From: Candidatus Krumholzibacteriota bacterium
GTDB taxonomy: Bacteria > Krumholzibacteriota > Krumholzibacteriia > LZORAL124-64-63
Direction of reading: 5' to 3'
DNA: 46,346 nt
Assembly: GCA_039714075.1 (NCBI GenBank)
Contig: JBDLKA010000019.1
Coordinates: 1 to 46,346, forward strand
The position numbers were made by a program, and so were the translations under genes. A model generated the notes under the pieces. The model saw nothing but the letters and a program-made list of their open reading frames with translations. It was not told the DNA's origin and searched no databases. This document shows, one piece after another, positions 42,381-46,346 of this stretch (positions are counted from its first letter, which is position 1; every line of letters starts with the position of its first letter).

Positions 42381-44078
42381 TTACGCAGTGACTTTCTTCC
42401 CGAACCGCCAGACCACGGCCACCACCGCCCCAACCCCGAACGCCAGGGACAGCCACGGCGAAAAACCGAATCCCACCGGCAGATACCCGCAAACAGCCGC
42501 AATCGCCGCCACGGTCACCGCGTAGGGCATCTGGGTCTTCACGTGGTCGACGTGGTCGGATCCCGAAGCCAGGGAGGACAGGATGGTGGTGTCGGAAATG
42601 GGTGAACAATGATCCCCGAAAACCGCCCCCGCCAAAACGGCGCTGACCGCCGCGAGATGAATATGCAGGGCGGTCGCCGCGGGCAGCCCCGCCTCCACCG
42701 GCAGCGCGTGCCCCAGCGGGTAGACCAGGGGCATCAGGATGGCCATGGTACCCCAGCTGGTGCCCGTGGCGAAACTGACGGCGGCCGCCAGGACAAACAC
42801 GACCAGCGGCAACAGGCGGGCCGACAGCACCTGCCGGCTGACCTCGACCAGGTAGTGCGCGGTACCCAGCTTGTCGCAGATGGCGCTCAGGGACCAGGCC
42901 AGCAACAGGATGGTCACGGCGATGACCATGGCCTTGACCCCGTCGATGAAACCGTCCAGGGCGTCGGAAAGGGAAAGCCGGCGCGAACCGACGACCAGAC
43001 CGATGGCCAACAGGGCGCCGATCAATGCCGCCCAGGTCAACACCGCAAAGCTGTCCGCGCTGTTCAGGATTTCCCGCAATGACGGAGATGCGGTCCCGGC
43101 GGCCCGGGCGACCATGCGGCCGTTGAAGAATATGCCCAGGGCCGTGGTCAGGATCACCGACAGGATGGGAATTCCGGCCAGCATGGGATGGGCGGGATCG
43201 CCCCCGTATCCGGGGACGAGTTCGTCATCCGGCAGGGGTACGTCACTGGCCGGACGCGCTCCGGGCCGTATGACCTGGCCCTTGTGGAAGGCCCGCAGTT
43301 CGGCCTGCCGCATGGGCCCGAAATCCCGGCCGGTGATCGCGACCAGGTAGACAAAAAGCAGGGTCAGGATGGGGTAGTAGCTGTAGGGGATCGATTGCAG
43401 GAAAAAGGTGTAGGCGTGCCCCCCCTGGCCCAGCCGGGTCATCGCTTCCTGGATCAACCCGACCTCGAACCCGACCCAGGTGGAGATGACCGCCACGGTG
43501 GCCACCGGAGCGGCGGTGCTGTCCACCAGGTAGGCCAGCTTTTCCCGCGAAATCTTCAAACGGTCGGTCCAGGGCCGCATGGTATTGCCGACCAGCAGCG
43601 TGTTGGCGTAGTCGTCGAAGAAGATGACCGTGCCCATGATGGCGGTGGAGGCCTGCCCGCCCCGACGGCCGGCGATCCGGGACGTGAGCCAGTGGACCAC
43701 GCCTTCGGTCGCGCCGCTGCGTGACAGCACCCCGACCATGCCCCCCAGGATCGAGGAGAACATCAGGATCGCAGCGTGGGAGTCATCGGCCAGGGCTCCG
43801 ACCAGGTAGGTGTCCCCCACCCTCAGGAAAGCGGAACCCGGATTCCCGGTGACGATCAAAGAGCCGCAATAGACGCCCAGAACCAGGGCGACGACGACCT
43901 GCCGCGTCACCAGCGCCATGCCGATGGCCAGCACGGGCGGAACGACCGACAGCCAGCCGAAATCCCGTGGTTCGTCCACGGCGGCTTCTTCCCCGGCGCC
44001 GAGAGCCGCCCCCATCACCGCAGGCAGGATCGCGGCCGCCAGGACCGCCAAAAGGACCAGCCGGGTCCGCCGCCTCAT
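42381..44078 (-). CDS. Na+/H+ antiporter NhaC-family transporter
   Basis: IFFDDYAN, SREKLAYLVDSTAAP, SFATGTSWGT, GAVFGDHCSPISDTTILSS, DHVKTQMPYA. ATGA overlap with the cutA stop. Confidence 0.92.
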   Translation of the reverse strand: MRRRTRLVLLAVLAAAILPAVMGAALGAGEEAAVDEPRDFGWLSVVPPVLAIGMALVTRQVVVALVLGVYCGSLIVTGNPGSAFLRVGDTYLVGALADDSHAAILMFSSILGGMVGVLSRSGATEGVVHWLTSRIAGRRGGQASTAIMGTVIFFDDYANTLLVGNTMRPWTDRLKISREKLAYLVDSTAAPVATVAVISTWVGFEVGLIQEAMTRLGQGGHAYTFFLQSIPYSYYPILTLLFVYLVAITGRDFGPMRQAELRAFHKGQVIRPGARPASDVPLPDDELVPGYGGDPAHPMLAGIPILSVILTTALGIFFNGRMVARAAGTASPSLREILNSADSFAVLTWAALIGALLAIGLVVGSRRLSLSDALDGFIDGVKAMVIAVTILLLAWSLSAICDKLGTAHYLVEVSRQVLSARLLPLVVFVLAAAVSFATGTSWGTMAILMPLVYPLGHALPVEAGLPAATALHIHLAAVSAVLAGAVFGDHCSPISDTTILSSLASGSDHVDHVKTQMPYAVTVAAIAAVCGYLPVGFGFSPWLSLAFGVGAVVAVVWRFGKKVTA

Positions 44079-44395
44079 GTCCTTTTCCCTTTCGCCCACT
44101 CCAGGTACGGCCGGTTCACGTACTCCGCGGGCCAGGAAATTATCTGGGGCACGTCATAGGGATGCTGGAGATCCAACTCGCCCTTGAACAGGTCGAAACG
44201 TTCCTGCAGCACCTTGAAGGTCACGGGCACTTCGGGGTCACGTTTCATGGCGCCGTCCCACCGGTAATACGACTCGATCGGCGCCCCGACCTGGGCGCAG
44301 ACGGCCAGGCCCGCGTCGACCATCAGTTCGGCCACCTTGGCCGCGGAATCGCGATCCGGAAACGTGGTTGCGACAACTTTCAGATCACTGCTCAT
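44075..44395 (-). CDS. cutA: Divalent-cation tolerance protein CutA
   Basis: GLAVCAQV, IESYYRWDG, HPYDVPQI, YLEW. ATG 44395. Confidence 0.9.
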   Translation of the reverse strand: MSSDLKVVATTFPDRDSAAKVAELMVDAGLAVCAQVGAPIESYYRWDGAMKRDPEVPVTFKVLQERFDLFKGELDLQHPYDVPQIISWPAEYVNRPYLEWAKGKRT

Positions 44396-45233
44396 CAGGC
44401 ACCTCGGGTGTCTTGTTGGCGGCTGCGAGGACGGGCGCCAGAAACTCCAGCATGCGCCCGTGCAATCCGGGCGCCGCCGCCACGATGTGTGCGGTGGGAA
44501 TGGGAATGTCACGTCCGGTGAAATCGGTGACCAGGGCGCCGGCTTCCCGGGCGACCAGGGTCCCGGCGGCGGTATCCCAGGGGCGCAGCCGCCATTCCCA
44601 GTAGCCGTCCAGCTTGCCGCAGGCCACGTGGACCAGATCGACGGCCGCGCTGCCGCCCCTCCGGACGCCGTGGCACCGGGCTTTCAGAAAATCCCGGGCG
44701 AGCCCCGCGTTCAGGTCGACGACCTCGTCCCGGACATAGGGAAAACCGGTGGCCAGAAGGGCGCGCTCCAGGGTCACCGGTTCACTCCTGTCCAGGGAGC
44801 GGGTCGTTCGGTGCCGGGGACGTTCCAGCCGGGCTCCCCGGCCGGCCTCCGCCAGATACAATTCGTCCAGGTAGGGCGCAAATACGGCCCCCAGTCGCAG
44901 GCCGTCACGGTCGCCGCAGGCGATGGAGACGGAAAAAAACGGGTAGCCGTGGGCGTAATTGGTGGTGCCGTCCAGGGGATCGACGTACCAGGTGCGGTCA
45001 CCGTCACCCGGCTTGGCGCCGGATTCCTCGGCCAGAATGGCTTCGCCGGGGAAACGCCGGTCCAACCCGGCAATCAGCATGTCTTCCACCCGGCGGTCCA
45101 CATCGGTGACGAACTCGGTGGCGGTCTTCTGCTCGACGCGTTCGATCTTTCCCAGGCTGTCCAACAGAATATCGCCCGCCTGCAGGGCGAGATCGCGCAC
45201 GGCGGTCAAGTCGGCGGACAAGGCCTCTTTCAT
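44385..45233 (-). CDS. suhB: Inositol monophosphatase family protein
   Basis: VTDVD, ILAEE, WYVDPLDGTTNYAHG, RRGGSAA, PWDTAAG. Start probably ATG 45233. Confidence 0.9.
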   Translation of the reverse strand: MKEALSADLTAVRDLALQAGDILLDSLGKIERVEQKTATEFVTDVDRRVEDMLIAGLDRRFPGEAILAEESGAKPGDGDRTWYVDPLDGTTNYAHGYPFFSVSIACGDRDGLRLGAVFAPYLDELYLAEAGRGARLERPRHRTTRSLDRSEPVTLERALLATGFPYVRDEVVDLNAGLARDFLKARCHGVRRGGSAAVDLVHVACGKLDGYWEWRLRPWDTAAGTLVAREAGALVTDFTGRDIPIPTAHIVAAAPGLHGRMLEFLAPVLAAANKTPEVPDEQ

Positions 45234-45344
45234 CGATTCGTCATCCTTTCCAATCGCGCGCAAAAAAGCGGCTGCGCCGGGAATTTCCTTCAAAGCTGGG
45301 ATCATAGGCGAGCTTCCGGCCCGGCACAACGACTAACCCGGAGG

Positions 45345-45372
45345 TTGACAACCACCGGGGGGAACTTAGATT
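45345..45372 (+). promoter_or_regulatory. Candidate sigma70-like promoter for the nfu gene
   Basis: TTGACA-N16-TAGATT. Confidence 0.4.
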
Positions 45373-45436
45373 TTTGAGGGGAAGCGGGGGTTTGCAAACG
45401 ACAGAACGGCCACTCCGGTCCGTTGAAAGGATTGTC

Positions 45437-45655
45437 ATGAGAGACAGGATCGAAGAAGTGCTGAACGAGATCCGCCCCACCCTGCAGGCCGACGGTGGCG
45501 ACGTTGAATTCATAGATTTCAACGAGGGCATCGTGACGGTCCGCATGCAGGGCGCCTGCGGCAACTGCCCCATGAGCATGATGACGCTCAAGCAGGGCAT
45601 CGAGGCCCGCATGAAGGCCCGCATTCCGGAAGTTCTGGCGGTCGAGCAGATCTGA
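45437..45655 (+). CDS. NifU-C/Nfu-family Fe-S cluster carrier
   Basis: IRPTLQADGGDVE...GACGNCP...TLKQGIE. GAAAGGA RBS before ATG 45437. Confidence 0.93.
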   Translation: MRDRIEEVLNEIRPTLQADGGDVEFIDFNEGIVTVRMQGACGNCPMSMMTLKQGIEARMKARIPEVLAVEQI

Positions 45656-45676
45656 CGGGAAGCACCGGGAATTTTC

Positions 45677-45722
45677 GCGGCGGTCACCGGTCCGGCAAGG
45701 ATCGGGGTCGCCGCTTTTTTTT
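45677..45722 (+). terminator. Intrinsic terminator after nfu
   Basis: Long GC stem GCGGCG...GGTCC-GGCAA-GGATC...CGCCGC followed by T8, between convergent nfu and rlpA. Confidence 0.85.
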
Positions 45723-45737
45723 GGCTTCAGAATGGCC

Positions 45738-46169
45738 TCAGAAATCCGAATCGGTGCGCAGAATCTCGACCCGGGCCTTGACGACCCCCGCTGAAATCAT
45801 GTCCAGATCGCCCGCCGCCTTGTAGGACAGATCGATGATGCGGCCCGCCACGAAGGGGCCGCGGTCGTTGATCCTGACCAGCACCTTTTTCCCGTTGGAC
45901 AGATTGGTGACCCGGACCCTGGTGCCGAAGGGCAGGGTCTTGTGCGCGGCGGTCATCTGGTTCTCATCGTAGATCTCGCCACTGGCCGTTTGACGCCCGT
46001 GGAACTTGTGGGCGTAATAGGAAGCGCCGCCTTCCTGGACCGACCCGGGGTCCGTGGCGATGTCACCGGACCCGCCCGCGCAACCGGAAAGCAGGATCAG
46101 GGCGCCGGCCAGCAGGGTCAGGGATAATCCCGGCGCCAAAAAAGGCCGCCTTGAATGGCTCTCCATCAT
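45738..46169 (-). CDS. rlpA: Septal ring lytic transglycosylase RlpA family lipoprotein (DPBB domain only)
   Basis: Lipobox LSG-C. GASYY..KFHGRQTASGE, TAAHKTLPFGT, VRINDRGPF, RIIDLS. Confidence 0.93.
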   Translation of the reverse strand: MMESHSRRPFLAPGLSLTLLAGALILLSGCAGGSGDIATDPGSVQEGGASYYAHKFHGRQTASGEIYDENQMTAAHKTLPFGTRVRVTNLSNGKKVLVRINDRGPFVAGRIIDLSYKAAGDLDMISAGVVKARVEILRTDSDF

Positions 46170-46346
46170 GCCTCCTGCGCGCCCAGCTTCAGCAGGGCGC
46201 GGCGCAGTTTGGTGTGTGCGTCGAACTTCAGGGTGAAATCCGATTCCCGGCGACCGCCCTTGGCCCGGATGACCTCGACCAGGGCCCGCTTCTCATCCTG
46301 GGGCCAGCCCTCCACCCCAGGCAGGATCATCACCAACGGAGCCCAT
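46166..46346 (-). CDS. 3' end of a hypothetical protein entering from beyond the window
   Basis: Open frame WAPLVMILPGVEGWPQDEKRALVEVIRAKGGRRESDFTLKFDAHTKLRRALLKLGAQEA*. Its TGA overlaps the rlpA ATG (ATGA). Confidence 0.65.
   Translation of the reverse strand, partial: WAPLVMILPGVEGWPQDEKRALVEVIRAKGGRRESDFTLKFDAHTKLRRALLKLGAQEA

Overview
GC-rich bacterial chromosomal window with about 29 genes, nearly all on the minus strand. I found no rRNA, tRNA, CRISPR array or mobile element. PorU/PorV and CTD-bearing proteins point to a diderm of the FCB superphylum, possibly a non-Bacteroidota lineage such as Krumholzibacteriota/Latescibacterota (inference). In transcription order (right to left): partial hypothetical, rlpA, [nfu +], suhB, cutA, NhaC-family transporter, lipoprotein, [PIN-PhoH +], M23 peptidase, dnaE, SSADH, accA. 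A ~31 kb co-oriented run follows: Trm112-like, PorU-like C25 sortase, PorV, CTD-bearing M6 metalloprotease, two paralogous envelope proteins, NHL lipoprotein, giant beta-barrel, BamA/TamA-family protein, ligA, dinG, hutH, hutI, TPR protein, ECF-S/TonB-receptor fusion, comEA, pilB (partial). The main observation is that two unrelated genes share an unusual architecture: a polytopic inner-membrane domain joined through an internal signal-peptide-like segment to a protein destined for the outer membrane or cell surface. One is an ECF S-component plus a TonB-dependent receptor (1771-4320). The other is a His/Asp-motif membrane hydrolase-like domain plus a PorU-like sortase (26754-31229). Both look like polyproteins processed by signal peptidase. 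All family calls come from motif recognition by eye; no database searches were run.
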